A DNA stretch of 64,000 nt from Ruditapes philippinarum (lineage: Eukaryota), in the NCBI RefSeq assembly GCF_026571515.1, contig NW_026863863.1, positions 1 to 64,000 on the forward strand, written 5' to 3'. Of the stretch, positions 1 through 14,408 are shown piece by piece (the first letter of the stretch is position 1; every line of letters begins with the position of its first letter). Position numbers and translations under genes: made by a program. The notes below the pieces were generated by a model. It saw only the letters and a program-made list of their open reading frames with translations, was not told the origin of the DNA and did not search any database.

Positions 1-119
1 AAAAAGCGAAAATACGACAGAAGGAGGGAGAAAATACGACACATAAATACATAGCAAATCAATTCATTCAATAATACAAAAATGCGAAAACACATAAGAG
101 ACGACAAAGTATTACTTTG

Positions 120-300
120 TCGTCTCTTCACATTTATCCCTTTTCGCATAGTTACATTTTCGAATTGTTACATTTTTGCATTGTTACATTTTCGAATTGT
201 TGCATTTTCGCTTTTTCGCATTGTTACATTTTCGAATTGTTGCATTTTCGCTTTTTCGCATTGTTACATTTTTCGCATAATTATATTTTCGCATTTTCGC
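120..300. repeat. Short tandem repeat (~16-bp subunits, ~42-bp higher-order unit; ttttcgcattgttacattttcgaattgttgca)
   Basis: Repeated ttttcg(c/a)attgtt(a/g)ca motifs are directly visible. ORFs 82-390 and 117-344 are translations of this repeat. Confidence 0.85.
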
Positions 301-961
301 GTTCCGGTTGTACATGCGCGTGGAGACATCAATTCATTATTTGATAGTCCTATATTAGATATGTTGTATTCACGTAGATGTATAATTTAAAAGTATCATC
401 CCGCTCCTTACACATGTAAAATAATTAAATAATGTAACTGTAAGGCTTTCATATTGTTTTGAATCAATTAATGTAACAATTATTATAACAAATACGTGTG
501 ACATGAGATTTACGATAAAGGCACTGCCCGCAAACATCTTAAAATAGATGTCTGAGATTGAAGTGTATTTTCACAGTAAAACTTTTTGTAATGTCTGTTA
601 TTCAAGTACTAGACATTTTAAAACATACTTTATCTGATTACGTAGAGTGCATGTTGGGTCATTTAAAATTTATATAATAATATGTAAAATCATTTTTATT
701 CATTATTACATTATACCATGTTGTCAGGCGTTCATCGGGTCTTTAAAACAAAGATCTCTTGATGGTCATTCTGTCTTCCCCATATTGCACGAATATCAAT
801 TAAAGGAGAACAATAAAAGTTCATAGAAAAATTCAATAAACATACTGTTTTTAGACTATATTTTATTATACTGTGCTTCTCTTAGTTTACGGTATTTAAC
901 GCAGGAATGGTACAAAAAATGTCATTAGTGTAACGTTTACCCATCGTTCCTGGTTAACGCG

Positions 962-1170
962 ATATGACTCATATCCGCGGATATGACTTTAAATAATTGT
1001 AATGACTTATATTTTACAAAGTTAATTTTTTATTATTTTTTCTTGATACGATGTTTATATTATAAAATGATTTTACATGCAAAATATCGTTAAATTTGGT
1101 CCATAAATAAAAAAGTTAAAAGTTATATTCGCGAGGTATTTGAAGTCATATCCGCGGATATGAGTCATAT
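962..1170. mobile_element. MITE-like element with perfect 28-bp inverted repeats
   Basis: atatgactcatatccgcggatatgactt (962-989) is the exact reverse complement of 1143-1170. Each arm contains an 18-bp palindrome. True termini and TSD not identified. Confidence 0.6.
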
Positions 1171-3387
1171 TCGGTATAAAGACATACCGACGTGAGGGTA
1201 ACATATCTGGTTCGAATGAATTGATTTGCTATATATCTTGAATGCTACGTAATTATAATATTTTGATAAATGTCATAATTCGATAATATAGCTACAGGAG
1301 AAACTCCAAAAACTTTCCACTGTAATTCTGTAATGGGCGGTATGAGGCGTTCCTCTTAACTTAAAAGTTTAAAACATGTTCTCTATTGTCTTAATAATGG
1401 ATAATGGTGATGACCTGACATACATATATACATATACATACCATGCAACCGTATGCATTGTCAAGCTATATATTGAACACAAAATAGGCGAGGCCCTGTT
1501 ATTCTGTCTAATTTTGTAAACATTATATACATATGTGCAGGTATAATTATCGTTTCGAATTTTGATTATAAAAATGATTGTAATAAAAAAAGGCAACAGA
1601 ATGCATATTTTCATTATATTTTCAGTTTTTCTCATTAAAACACATTTTGGCTCAGAGATGATTTTTTTCAAAAATGAGTTTTATAATTTGAAGAGATGAG
1701 CATTGAATGTAAAAATATTTTTGATAAATGAAGCAAAATGTAACCAAGTTAGTATTTTGACCTTTATACAAAATACTAAATCACTTTGCCAAAAGGCATC
1801 AGAAGCAAAAGACAGTTCAGGCAATAGGCCAGTGAGTAAATTTTTTGAAACTATAACTGGACATCAAAAATAAAGATCTAATGAGAAATAAAAATGAAAG
1901 CTTTTTGGGGTCATGATGGGCCTTTAAGATTTATCATTAGGATTTCATTAATATTCTGAACTACATGTATATTCTTTTAATGTTATAGTCCACAAAATTA
2001 TTTCATTCCTAATTTAACAGCTAGGAGTACATGTATATCATCTAAAAAAAAGTAAACCAAATAGAAGTTTGTGTGCGAAATTGTTCAGAAAATATATTGA
2101 GTAGATCTAATACTAAAATATGAAATATAGATATAAAATAAGAATAACCAAAATATTAATGTTACAAGTAACAAGTAAAGTCAACAAGCAAAATTACTTC
2201 TCAAAATGATTGAAGAATGTATAAAAATTTTACCTTACCAAACCTATTTTTTACACATGTTTGGTCATTTTCCTCCTTACAGAGCCTACTAAAGTCCATT
2301 TAATTGAGGATATTTTAATGGTGTCGTTTTGATTTCATTAGTCTTTTAAAATATCTGCTTCCATATTTGTAATTAAATCTAGTATTATTAAGCCAATATA
2401 CGTATAGCTATAATGATTAATATAAGTGTAATTAAACACTTCTATCTTTCCAAAAATGATTTAATAGATATATAAATTATGGTTAAAGAAAAAAAGAAGA
2501 AAATTCTCGACCCTTTTGGGATTGGAACACAGAACCCTCAGTTTCAAGGAAGTGTGGAGTCTTGTATGATATTTATTTAACTCAGTCCAAAAACATTCAG
2601 ACTGCTTTGCGCATGTGCATACTGTTTAATATATAAGAATATCAAAATTTCCACCAGAAAGCATAAAATAAGGACGACTAGCCTGTCTGTAGGTTATGGA
2701 ACAATTTCCTTACCATTTACTCTTATTCTGATCTATATACAAGTATAAATTGATAAACTGCACACTAGAGAGATAAAAACGCACATTTTGGGAAATGAAA
2801 GCACAACAGCACGTAAAAAATGCCTCCATGTTTTACAATATGATTTTCTCAAGTCAGATGAATGGTTTTAAAAGACAGAGGCTTATTATCTTGCCGTAGC
2901 TGCTGTGCTAGTCGTACTAATCTAATTTGAAGCTTCTTTGAAAAAATTGTGATCTTCTTGTGTTAAGCAGTACGCACATGCGAAAAAAAGTTTGTACGCT
3001 TTCTTGCGTATAAGACTCGGCTCCACACTACCTTTTCTGATGAAACAGTTAGAACAGGACGAATTCGAGAATCAGGAATTCAATTTAATTCAGTGTGTGA
3101 AATAGTCAAAAGCTCGCCTATTTAGTCTTCATCGATATAATTTCATTATAAGCATGATTTTAGACAAAAAGTAAATCTTTGTCGCACACAATGACTAGTA
3201 AGAAAGGTCAAGCGCAGTCGGATCCGTAGCCTGAACCTCGTGTGGAAGCTATCCAGCTTCTTAAGTAAGGCTGGGAATAAGTCACTAATCACCTGCTAGC
3301 TTATATAAATGCATTTTACAGAGATAATATGCTTCATTGTAATGATTTAATTTGCAACGGACAAAGCACTATATTTTTCTCTTTCAG

Positions 3388-4699
3388 ATCATGTCAAAAT
3401 GTCGATTTTTTGCCTGATTTGATACAGAAATATAAAGATGATGGAACACTTGTAGAATTAAATGATGATTTGAATAGAAGGATGGAAAAAATAAAATCTG
3501 TACTAAAAGAATACACTGCCCACGCCCTCAAACTTAAAACCAGAAGAACGACGTGCATGAAACGTTTAGAGATGTTTGAAAAATCTATCATAGAGTGTGT
3601 TAAAAGTGTTGTAGCCAAGGCCGAGACAGATATCGAAAGCAGATTAGCACCTGAAATTTGCAGTGCGCAAGAATATATCCAAAGGTATAATGAGCTACTG
3701 TCAAGGCTAGCTTGTATGTCAGCAAGTTGTGTAAATGAAAACAATGATATCGCTGAATATAAGAAAGTATTAGAAGGTAAACGTATGCTAAATGAGATAC
3801 ATATCGAATCTTGTGTGTTCGATGACAAATTGACAACTGACTGTAAGTTTCAAAATGAAATCATGGAGGCCATTTACAGATCTCTTAATGAAGGCCGATT
3901 ATATGGTACTTTAGCGATCAGAGATTCTGGAAATTGCTTTAATGTTCCAAATATATGCGTGAAAGAAGACGACGCTTCTCTCTTAATTTTATCAACTGAC
4001 TACAATAACAGGAACATAATACGCGTTGATACCTGTTTACAAGACATGGGAAGTTTGACAGTAGAAGGATTCGTTTGGGGACTTTGTGAGATCAATAAAC
4101 ATGATATTGCCTTTACTTTGACAGACTTGAAAAAGGTTCAATTTATGTCTTCTGATGCATGTCAAGCAAAAACTAGCTTCCATACACGTATACCCTGTCG
4201 TGGTATCGCATGTCTTAATGAAAAGATTTATGTTACAGGTGGTGGAATGATTGGAGAAGAGCAAGGGCAATTAAATGTGTTTGATTTGAAAGGAAAAATA
4301 CTCTGTAAGTACCATCAAGATTTGAATGGAAACTATTTCAGTATTCCACGAAGCATTATAGTAAATGGCGAAGGAACATTCATCACAGATAAAAACAACG
4401 GTGTCATTTGTTTAGATTTGGAAGGACAGCGGAAGTGGGTGTCAAACACATCAAAATGCAAATTTCCATGGGGAATTTGCTTCACGCCAAATGGGAATCT
4501 TTTTGTTTCTGGTCATTTGTCAAACAATATTGTGATTGTAAGTAAAAATGGGGAATTTCTAGGTGAACTGTTAAACAAAAATGACGGTCTATCAGCACCA
4601 CAGGGTCTCGGCATTGACAAACGGAATAACTGCATTGTAGTCTCTGAATATAAGAAGCCACATCTGAAGATGTTTTACATTGGCGATTGTGATATATGA
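3388..4699 (+). CDS. TRIM-like B-box/coiled-coil/NHL beta-propeller gene, copy A1: terminal exon (exon 2); B-box exon 1 not in window
   Basis: Acceptor tttttctctttcag|ATCATGT at 3387/3388 is equivalent to the paralogs' exon-2 start (xSCQ...). Open frame to TGA at 4699. Helical N-terminal part, then NHL-type repeats (CRGIA, IPRSIIV, FPWGICFTPNGNLFV, APQGLGID). The ORF start at 3329 is intronic. Confidence 0.85.
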
Positions 4700-6683
4700 T
4701 ATTAAACCTGTGGATGCCAGTAAAAGGTAAAAAGTATACTATGATTAGAATGTGTGCGATTTAACAATTTGACAAGTTGATTTATAACAAGGAAGCACTG
4801 GACGTTCATTTGTTAAAAGGGAGCAGGATATATGAAAAGCTTTTAAGTACATTTGTATGATGTAACTGCATATTTTGGGGCGTATGGGTAATATTTAGAT
4901 GGTTATGTTTACTATTATAATCCATTTGCAGAATTTGTAAATAGTAATCTATATATTGACAAAACTAAATGAAGAAGTAAGAATTTATTAATGCACACTT
5001 ATATACCGGTTTTGCTTTCTGATTACAAAGCTTTTAAGTATTTTATAACCATATCCGGGCCAGAAAAAAATACTTAATTGGTATTCTTAAAAGTTAGTGA
5101 CTCTATTTCATACCTGCTATGCAAAGTATTTCTGTAAATGATTGCTATTTTCCACGACTGAATCTATATTTTCCTGGCGTTTTTAAAGGAACCTTTTGTA
5201 TACAGGATCCACTTCAAATTTTTCCAAGATGTCAGTTTGATGACGGACTTAATTTTATGGTAACGGATATGAAAAAAACCGTTTATTCTTTCTATAATTC
5301 AAATGAATATAATTATGTAGTAATAAAGAAAGAAAAAAATTGTAAATGTTATTTTGCCCGTTACTAATCTTATATTCTTCAACATTAGATTATGCATGGA
5401 GTCCGTTTTCGTTAGCATTTGCTAGTTAAAAATGTTGAAATCTATGTAAAATGCTTTAAATCTTTAAGTTTTCCAAAAAAAAAAATCTGTCAACAACACA
5501 AGTTTTTATCAATATACATAATTATCGAATCTGTGTTATACATGTAAATTCATATTAGATCTTAACATATTTTTTGTGGTTACATTAACTTTTATATATA
5601 AAAGTATGCAAACAAATTTGGAACTTTACAGTTTCAAGCAAAGCCATAAAAATACATTTACATTAAGATATACATTGCTCATCCTTGAGTAAAATATTTA
5701 AAGGCCCATTTTTTCCTCGGAAATGCTATCAGAAATGCTATTATTTTATTTCTCAAAAACTGTTGGTTTTTGGTATCTGGTTACAGTCTCCAAAAATATT
5801 CTAATGTACTACATACATGAACTATATTTTGCATCTTTAGCTCTGTTGGCAATTGGTATAATTATAGTGAATTAGCATTTTGTATGGAAGTAAAAATACA
5901 ACTTTGTTTACATTTACCTACCTTTATAACTGCGTTCAGCGCATGAAATATGATTTGACATTTCTGAAGACTTAAAAAGATATAGAGTTCTGAGGCAATC
6001 ACAGAAATGTATAGGAATCTATGAAATTTTTACTGAATATGTCTAATTTGAATAAAAGAATGAATAAACTAGGTATTTGAAACTTCGTTTCTATTAAAAG
6101 TCAAATTAAGTTCGTATTGTCTAAAATTAACACACTATGATCATTTTTTTTTAACAGAACGGATCTCTTTATTTCTTTCCCAGGGTACATGACAATACAC
6201 CAAGGGGATATACTATAAACAGATTCAATATGACAAACAAACTTCCGATAACACTTTATCAGCCGATGAATTGTGTTTTGATTCAAAAGAGCATGAGGAT
6301 TCAGTAATTTTGTGGGAATCCTTCAACTAAGATTTGATACGCACATTATTCATCTGATGATATAGTTAAATATAATCTATATAAGTATCAAGAAAAGACT
6401 AAACTTTTTTATTGACATATCATGGAAAAGAAACCTTAAAGTTAATGTGTTCAAATCATTACTATGTTATTGTATGTTATGAAAAGGAAATGAACAATAG
6501 CACACTTTAGTGTCTCCATTAACATTTTTATGCTAGTTATCCTTTGAAAAAATTAAATGTACAGTAATACATAAACACATGCATATAAATAGTATATTAT
6601 ACATAAGACACAATTTTTAATATGATCAGCAAGATATATAGAGACTTTTTAGTATAAATCATACTAGTGTACTTAACAAAATT

Positions 6684-6700
6684 AGAGAGAGAGAGAGAGA
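6684..6700. repeat. (GA)n microsatellite
   Basis: agagagagagagagaga. Confidence 0.8.
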
Positions 6701-6956
6701 AAAAAAGAAATTTAGTGTGCTTTTAAGTAAGAATAATTATAGAGATAATCTAAACTCATACAGGTCAATATAAAACCAGATAATTTCAAAAGAGCATGAA
6801 TAATACGTCTTGCATGTACGCCCCTGTAATCCCAAATCGTTAGCCGAAGCACATAATACAATTCGCAATGTTAAATAGTTCGTTACACAACACATTTAAT
6901 TAACAACAATAATAGTATAATTAATTATATTTGCTACCAACAAATGCTTTGTGCAT

Positions 6957-8097
6957 ATATATCGAGGGTATTTGTTTGTTTGTGTGTAAGATGAAATTTT
7001 ATTTCATCGAGTGAGCTTTAAAAAACAGTATTCTCACGAGTGGCGTAGCCACGAGTGAGAATACTGTTTTTAAAGTTCACGAGATGAAATAAAATTACAT
7101 CTTACACAACAAACAAACATATTTTCTTTTTTATTTTATGCTTAAAAACAAGTTAAAACGAAATTTCCTTGATATCAACTTTAATATTGAAATCTGTTTT
7201 CCCCATTGGTAGCCTCTCTATTAGTCGAATTTCTCATAAAATACAAGAAGTCTTGGGCTGAAAAATAAGTTTGCCAATCAACGTTAAATGGCGATGATAT
7301 TATTCATTTTATTCAAATAATATGAAAGATCGCTTGTATTAGTAATAAAAACAAACAATTCTAGTAGGAGAGAAAGTCCAACCATCCATCCATATTTCTG
7401 TTACTTACGGCGAATTTATATTAGACTTGGCTCTGTGTAATGTAAGCGGCAGCCATTTTTAAAAATTGTTTATTTCATGGGAGGAAAAAAATTGTGCTTT
7501 ATTCAGAGGAATATCATTTGGATTTGTTAGTCATACATCTTTTAAAAGAAAGAAAACTTTTTTGAGGATTGTTACAGACAATTAATAAGTGTTGACAGAT
7601 GTGTAAACATTCAAAAAACGACTAGGAAATTGGAACACATGGACTTTTTGAAACGGGCCTTTCAAACTTACGAACGTTGGGTTATTTACTTATTCTTCGG
7701 GCAGATGTCTGTCAATGCTTTTCAAGTTATAAGTAGGATACTTAAATATGCCCAAATGTCATCAAGAGCAGTTCTGCATGTGGAAGGAATTGTATTTTTC
7801 AGACAAAAATTTATAGACGATATTTGGTGATTGGTAATTTGAATGAATTGAAGTAAGTTTTCTTCTTTTTATTACTTTTGAAATTTCAGTTATTTATCAA
7901 TTTCTCTAAACAGCCCTGACAATGTCAGAATTGTCAACAATAATATAATTGAGGTACCGCATGGGGAAAATCTTAAAAAAGTTATCTCATCTTTGAAAAG
8001 TGTGAAATTATATTTTGATAATTTTCACTGTGAGATTATCAAATATAATTTTCACGGATAAATCAGTAATCCACTGAAAAGCATAAAATAAATATTT
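6957..8097 (+). mobile_element. Non-autonomous hairpin-ended element (~150-bp terminal fold-back plus subterminal inverted repeats)
   Basis: Palindrome ~6970-7122 centred on cacgagtggcgtagccacgagtg. Inner IR pair ttttattttatgc (~7129-7141) / gcataaaataaat (8081-8093). Both ends are shared with the inverted copy at 53222-53682. Confidence 0.7.
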
Positions 8098-8399
8098 TCT
8101 ATGAACTGTATTTACAAAATGTATTAACTAAATGACTTCTAGAAATAATAATGTAGTTTTTTTAAGTAGGGAGAGTTGGTGAGCTATTCACGTAAAAATC
8201 ATGGATTTTATACATGTAATTTTACAACGGAAAAGAATGTCATTCATAAGTTTGTTTATTTCATGTTGGAGAAAAACGTATGTTTGGGATTTATTACATA
8301 GGTAAAGTTTTTTTTCCAGGACACGGTAGTATAAATGTATGCAAAATATCTTAGTGTTGTCATATGATAACACGTTCATTTAGAAAAATAGAAGAAAAC

Positions 8400-10500
8400 G
8401 AAGAAAGAAAAAGGAACGCAACTATTTCCTCTATTGCAAAACTTATGCTAGTTAAATTTAGACATAATAATGCTAGTAAATTTACTTAAATTAGAAAGAG
8501 TAATTTCATTTCCACTTGATAATATTCTCGCAAAACAATGGACGGTATCTGAAATATTAATTTGCTGTAGGAGGGAATTTCTTTCTGTATTAAAGAAGGA
8601 GCATTTAAGTAAATAATGTTGCTCCGAGCCTATACTCCGGAGTTACAGAGTCTACACGTGCTATCTAGAAAAGCGGTTCCCCGTCCCCAACGCGCTGTTT
8701 CAATTGGTAAACGGTTATTACATGTACGAAATCTGAATAAGGTTATGTAGCTTTCATTTGGGAGTATATTGAAATATTTCTCGTATTCTAAAGTGCTTTT
8801 AAATAAGCTGTAGATTCTATCTTTATTCGACGCTTGTAGATCATAATACCAACGCTGTTTAAATTGATCAATTAAAGTTTTTTTTACAATTTTGCGGATA
8901 TTTTTATGTACTAAAACGTGCTGGTTTTGCCAAATATCAGGTCTTCCTACATTCACGAGAATCTCTTCAATTTTACTTGTCCATTTAAATTTAGTATCAG
9001 TCCAATTGTAATTGTAAATTTTAACGGATAGTTTATTTTCATTTCCAAGCACTAAACGTGACCAAAAAGAGATCATTTTAGCATATACATCAATATAAAT
9101 GGGATGTCTTCCAAGCTCACCGTTGAACATATATTTTTGGGTGCTTTTCCTAGCTGATGTTATTTGTCTCATAAAGACGTTATGATTGTTTTTCAAATAA
9201 ATCTAGATTTTCAAAACCAAATATTTCTGAACCATATGTAAGAATCGGCATAACAGTGTAATCAAATAACTTTATTATTAGATCAGGTGGTAGGTCTGCG
9301 TTATTTGTTTTTGTAAATAGAAGATGCATTGCTTTATTTGCCTGTTGGCTTATATGATGCCTAGCTTTAAGAATGAACCGGACGCAGAAAATGTCAAACC
9401 TAGATAATGGTACTTGTCAGTTATTTCAAGTTCGTGTTCGCTTAAATCAAAATGATACGATTTTCTATTCATAGCTCCGAATACTATAACTTTTGTTTTA
9501 TTTGGATTAACAGTAAATTTCCATTGAATACAATATGAGTTAAATAATTTAAATTTTGTTGAAATTCGACAGGATTATCCGAGTCTATTACGGTGTCGTC
9601 AGCGTAGAGAAGAATTAAAAGTTTAAGCCAAGGTTCATCTAGCTCGATACCAGCGGCACCGTGTGCCTCCAGAAATGTTTGTAGATCATTTAAGTATAAA
9701 GAAAAGAGGATTGGACTTAAATCCTCGCATTGTCGGACTCCTATTTCTAAAGAGAAGAACTGGGAATGGTAACCGTTATGCTTTACACAAGGTTAAATAT
9801 TTTGATACATGTTAAAAATTGTTCGAATTTTCCATCGATAAGGGTTTGCGTAAGTTTTTGCCAGAGTCCAAATCGCCAAATTCTATCAAAACATTGTGAG
9901 ATCTCGAAGTCTACATAGGCACCATAAACCTTTTGTTTCCTTTTTCTTAAGATCTCAATAAGTGCATGAAGCGTGAAAATATGATCAGAAATAGAATACG
10001 AACTTTGGAATCCTGCTTGATTTTCATTAAGTAAATGCGTATTTTCAATATAATTGGTTAGACTTAAGTTTAAGACTGCTGTAAATAGTTTCCTAGACTT
10101 GATAGACTGGTAATTGGTCTGTAAGAACTAATGTCTAATGAGTTTCCTTTGTTCTTATAAATAAAGATAATGAACCCTTCGAGTCAGGATTTTGGAATAA
10201 TGCCAGAGTTTAATACTGAGTTGAAGAGTTTATTATAAATAGGTAAAAGCAGGTCTTTTGTCGATTTAATGTGCTCATTTGATATATTATCAGCGGGACT
10301 GCAAGCTTTTCCGTTATTTAAATTTCTTATACATCTTAAAACATCAGAGATAGGTGCATCTAAATATTGGTTAGAATGTTCTAAAAAATCAAGGGATAAA
10401 AAAAACGATCATCTTCCTCATCAATATCGGGGTTTTTATTATTTATTTTTTTTAATTGTAAATTTCTGTAGTTGATGGTGTGTCATCATCCTTTGATTTA
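8400..10500 (-). mobile_element. Decayed, 5'-truncated non-LTR retrotransposon (LINE, CR1/L2-like ORF2 remnant)
   Basis: Minus-strand RT motifs: YRPIT (~10110), EQAGF (~10010), GVRQCEDLSPILFSLYLNDL (~9685-9742), LLYADDTV (YADD 9595-9606). C-terminal ELGRHPI...FRFRTCNNRLPIE...CRLC in ORF 8630-9196. Frame broken by stops and frameshifts. Confidence 0.9.
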
Positions 10501-10919
10501 AGTTTTACTATAGTGTCTAACTATGCAGGCGATGATTGAGTTGTTAAATATCAAAAGTAAGAATAGTGTTTATAAAACATCTAAAATGAACACCTTTTCT
10601 ATCTCAAAATTGATTGTGTGCGGCACTTAGAAGGCACATTAAGCCTTAAGAATAAATATTTTTCTTAATGTAGAAAAGGCAAATAAACATGTTGTAGTCA
10701 TGGTGGATTTAGAACCTTTCAGGTCCTTCACTTGAAGTAAAGAAAGTTAAATGTGCATAAAGGTAGGAAAATGTAAACAAATAGGTATAAAACTTCTCCC
10801 ACATCTATACTAATTACCAAAGCGACAAAGAAGCAAAACATGATCAATGAGAAACAGTTTGGAAAGTCTAAAAACTTTTGAAAAATGAAAATATTTTCAT
10901 TTTTCGGCTTAAAGGGTCT

Positions 10920-11482
10920 TTAACCCATTACCAGATATTTACGCCTTTTAACTTCCTTTTCACCCACTCCCCTTTTGTTGTCTCAAATGGTGGAAAAAAT
11001 GTTTATTTAGGCCCCCAAAACTTGTTTTTGTTGGAGAATGTTGATTAAAAAAGTGACCACTTTTCCGGCACCGCCTTCCATCGAAAAAATACCTCAGGGG
11101 GTTGCCAAAAAAAATTTGGACTTGTGAGAGGCTAAAAATGACCCAAGGTCGATCATAAGGTAACGTGTTTTATCAACGGTTACCATGAAAAGCCTTTGGC
11201 TCTATCTCAATCCATTGAGAAGTTGCAATCAATTTTGATGGAAAAAATCAAAGAAAAATAGTGATTTTTGGCAATTTTGAGATGTCCTTTCGTTGCCATG
11301 GTAACAGAAAATTTAAGACTGAGCTAGTTGTTCCAAAGGCAATGGTCTAGTTAACATTTGTACCAAGTTTGATTAGTATTGAAGCAGTTTTTATAGTTTT
11401 ATAGCAATTTGAACTTGTAACTAGATACTTTACAATGAAAACAGCCATTTATCGCAAAATGCTCATGCGGTTATGTGTTCAA
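10920..11482 (+). mobile_element. Diverged copy of the piggyBac-like MITE found at 17902-18523
   Basis: Starts ttaacccatta and is collinear with 17898-18527 (gttgccatggtaacagaaaatttaag; gcaaaatgctcatg). Internal deletion and degenerate right TIR. Confidence 0.8.
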
Positions 11483-14408
11483 TCAAAATTGACAAATATT
11501 TACCTTTCAGACTCATTTTGATACTATTTTTAATTATGTCAATGAAGAGCAACTGTTACATTATTGGTCACAATCTGTTATACACATTTCAATTAAATCA
11601 GTTACAATTGTATCACATCATGCCCTTTGCTAAACTACAGGCGTTTTTTGACAACCATTGTTCGCTTTGGCTATTCGCCATGATATATGCGGTGGCGAGA
11701 TTTATATTCTCATTGCATATTTAAGAGTTTGAAGGTCAGTATAGAAATATTATAAGAAGATAAGAAATTATGTCGAAGATATAATATGAATCCAGTGAAT
11801 ACTATATAACTATTGTTTTAAAAATGCATAGTTACATTTTTATCTGGATGACAATATTACAGTCCGTGTGAAAAATTTAGACCCTCAATGATCTGTTTGT
11901 CTGATGAGCATAAGTTGCAATTATCTGAGAAATAAATCATACTTTCATAAAATGAATCACAAAGTATGTTCTTTTAGTCATCTTATTGTTAAAATACTAA
12001 AACGTCTTTAATTGTTATTAATCTTTTTGATTTTCTCACACTTTTCTCAAAAGGGAAATTAATACAGATAAATATATATAGCATGATCATATATGACTTT
12101 GTTTCGGTGTTTCGGTGTTTCTTTGATGGTCTTATAATATGAATGTTGCTATGACAAAACAGGACAGAACAGAAAATATATTTGTCAACTTTAACATCTA
12201 CAATGTATTATTCATGCATAGATTATTTTACTTTTTACAATATATTTTCCTGTTATCAAATTTAAATTTAATTATAATTCAAAATAAATGCGTGGACAAA
12301 CACTTAAACGTGAAAAATATTTATGTCATTTATAAAGGCTTAATGATTATTTTTTCCAAAAATCAAATGTCTTTTTCAATAATTTGCTTGCATGTTTGAT
12401 CTTGGAATGTGTTGTGTCCTAAATGCAGTATAAGGTGGATAAACTGGACAAACTAATGCAAAGAAAAATTTATCTATTTATCTTCAATATCATTACCCTG
12501 ACATTGTTGGAATTTTCTATCATCTCTATCAATGTTTATGTGTTTACCTACGGTGTCCTGTTGGGCCACCGTGACACACACAAAACATGAAAACGACGAA
12601 ATTACGATGGTGAAAAGTCGACATAACGAAACCAAGATGGTGAAAGCTCGATATCATGTCGTGTTTTCACCATCGTTCTTTCGACGGAAAAAGAAACAGT
12701 GAACCTATTGCATAAGTTTAAAAATAGAATGTAGATGGCAGACAAATGGACATGACAGTTTGACAGACGGACGGATGGCGAATTTTCTTTCAGTCCTCAC
12801 TACATGTTCTGATGAACCTTAAACCAAACATTCTTCATTTAACGAAAATAAGCAATAAATGAACAATAAAAATTACACGGTGTACTGGCAGGGTCAATGT
12901 GGTTTTACCATGTCACTCTAAAGACCATATAGTATTGTTGGAAATATTACATTTATCAAGAGTTCTGTTTGTATGAAGTGACTCTGACAACACGCATCAA
13001 CAACATTAATTTATTACTATAACACACTCAATTTGTTTAATGTTAAGGTGCGATTGTAAAGACATATTTACTCATGGTAATGAATAACATGAAAAAAGTA
13101 TTAAAATATGACTTTATCAATATATTTCTGCTCTCTTAATTTCCATACAGCCCCTTTCAATCATTGAGCATATAATATTATATATTATTCTTAAAAATGA
13201 TTTTTTTTGACGAAGCAATTTAAATAGATACTGATTTGTAGGCTACGGATAATCGGAGAAAACGATTTATATTAATAATGCTTTTAAGCCACCCTTTAAA
13301 AATACGTTTATTCAAATTTAAGAAATACATCCGGCTCCCCCTTAGTGTATTAATACTGTCCGAGTAGAGACATTTGTGCATTTTCTGGAGAAGGAAAAAG
13401 AAATTCCTTTGCTCGTGTTGAAATTGTCCTTAAACAAATTTCAATAAGGAATATATGAAAAAGAAGAAAGAAAAACAAATGAGTGTAATGTAATAGTGGA
13501 TAATCGGTATGTAAACAAATACAGTCAACTCTATCGGTTTGGCCAATCGGAATAGTGTTCATTTTTTTTCTCTGTATTCAATATTTTTCACTAAAGAAAC
13601 ACTTTATTTGGATATTTTGTTTGTAAGCAAAATTCATTTATACCACAGTATAGTTGATAACATTATAACGCAGAGGTAAATTATGCAAAATGGATGGGTG
13701 AAAATACGGAAGATCGTTGGAACACGATAAGTGAATATCGTGTGTTCATGCTATTAAATAGGTACTCATAGTCGCCAACCTAGTCACTGGGCTGTCGAAA
13801 ACACGATATGAAAATCGACAACTTAATACGAAATCGATTTCTAAATCTTTGAACAAATTGCAAGAACGCTACAAGAAAATTGAGAGCTAAAATGCGACAA
13901 CACGATATGGTGAGTACATATACGTGAACATAACTACAAATGTTGTCCTTTGGCGATCCCGTTTTGCGATTCCGCCTTTATAGCGACAACATAAAAACAT
14001 GATGGCTAACTGAAACCCATAAATTAAACTATTACCGTGACAAATAATAGTATATTGAAACACAAAAGGAAATAAAATACATTTTAAAAAGATAATTGTC
14101 AACTATAACTCAAAGGTTAAACTGGTTTGTCAGCTATGGTAATCATTGTGAGAAAGTCATTAAGTGATGAGGAAATAACTAGATATTGTATGATTTTCAT
14201 ATAATATTATATATAAAAGTATTATTGACAAAATAACTATTAACATTGATAAAGGTAACATAGATTTAGTTTTTTTATTGTTAATTCATTATGGATTCAT
14301 TATGGTATTATTCTATAAATTATACTTAATGTTTAAGCATCTGATTTTTAAAGAAACTTAAATGGTGTATATAATAGTTTTCTTTTATATTGCAGACACA
14401 CTGTAGAT

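Noticed and set aside
3329-3387. N-terminal 20 aa of ORF 3329-4699 as the true start
   Set aside because: It lies upstream of a splice acceptor conserved in paralogs, so it is intronic read-through.
3394-4270. Antisense ORFs over the TRIM-like and TLR CDSs (also 15749, 32927, 33761, 38924, 55168, 55999)
   Set aside because: Shadow frames of real genes with no independent features.
10640-10915. Possible TTAA-flanked element (ttaagcc...ggcttaa)
   Set aside because: The inverted match is too short and degenerate in AT-rich DNA to support a call.
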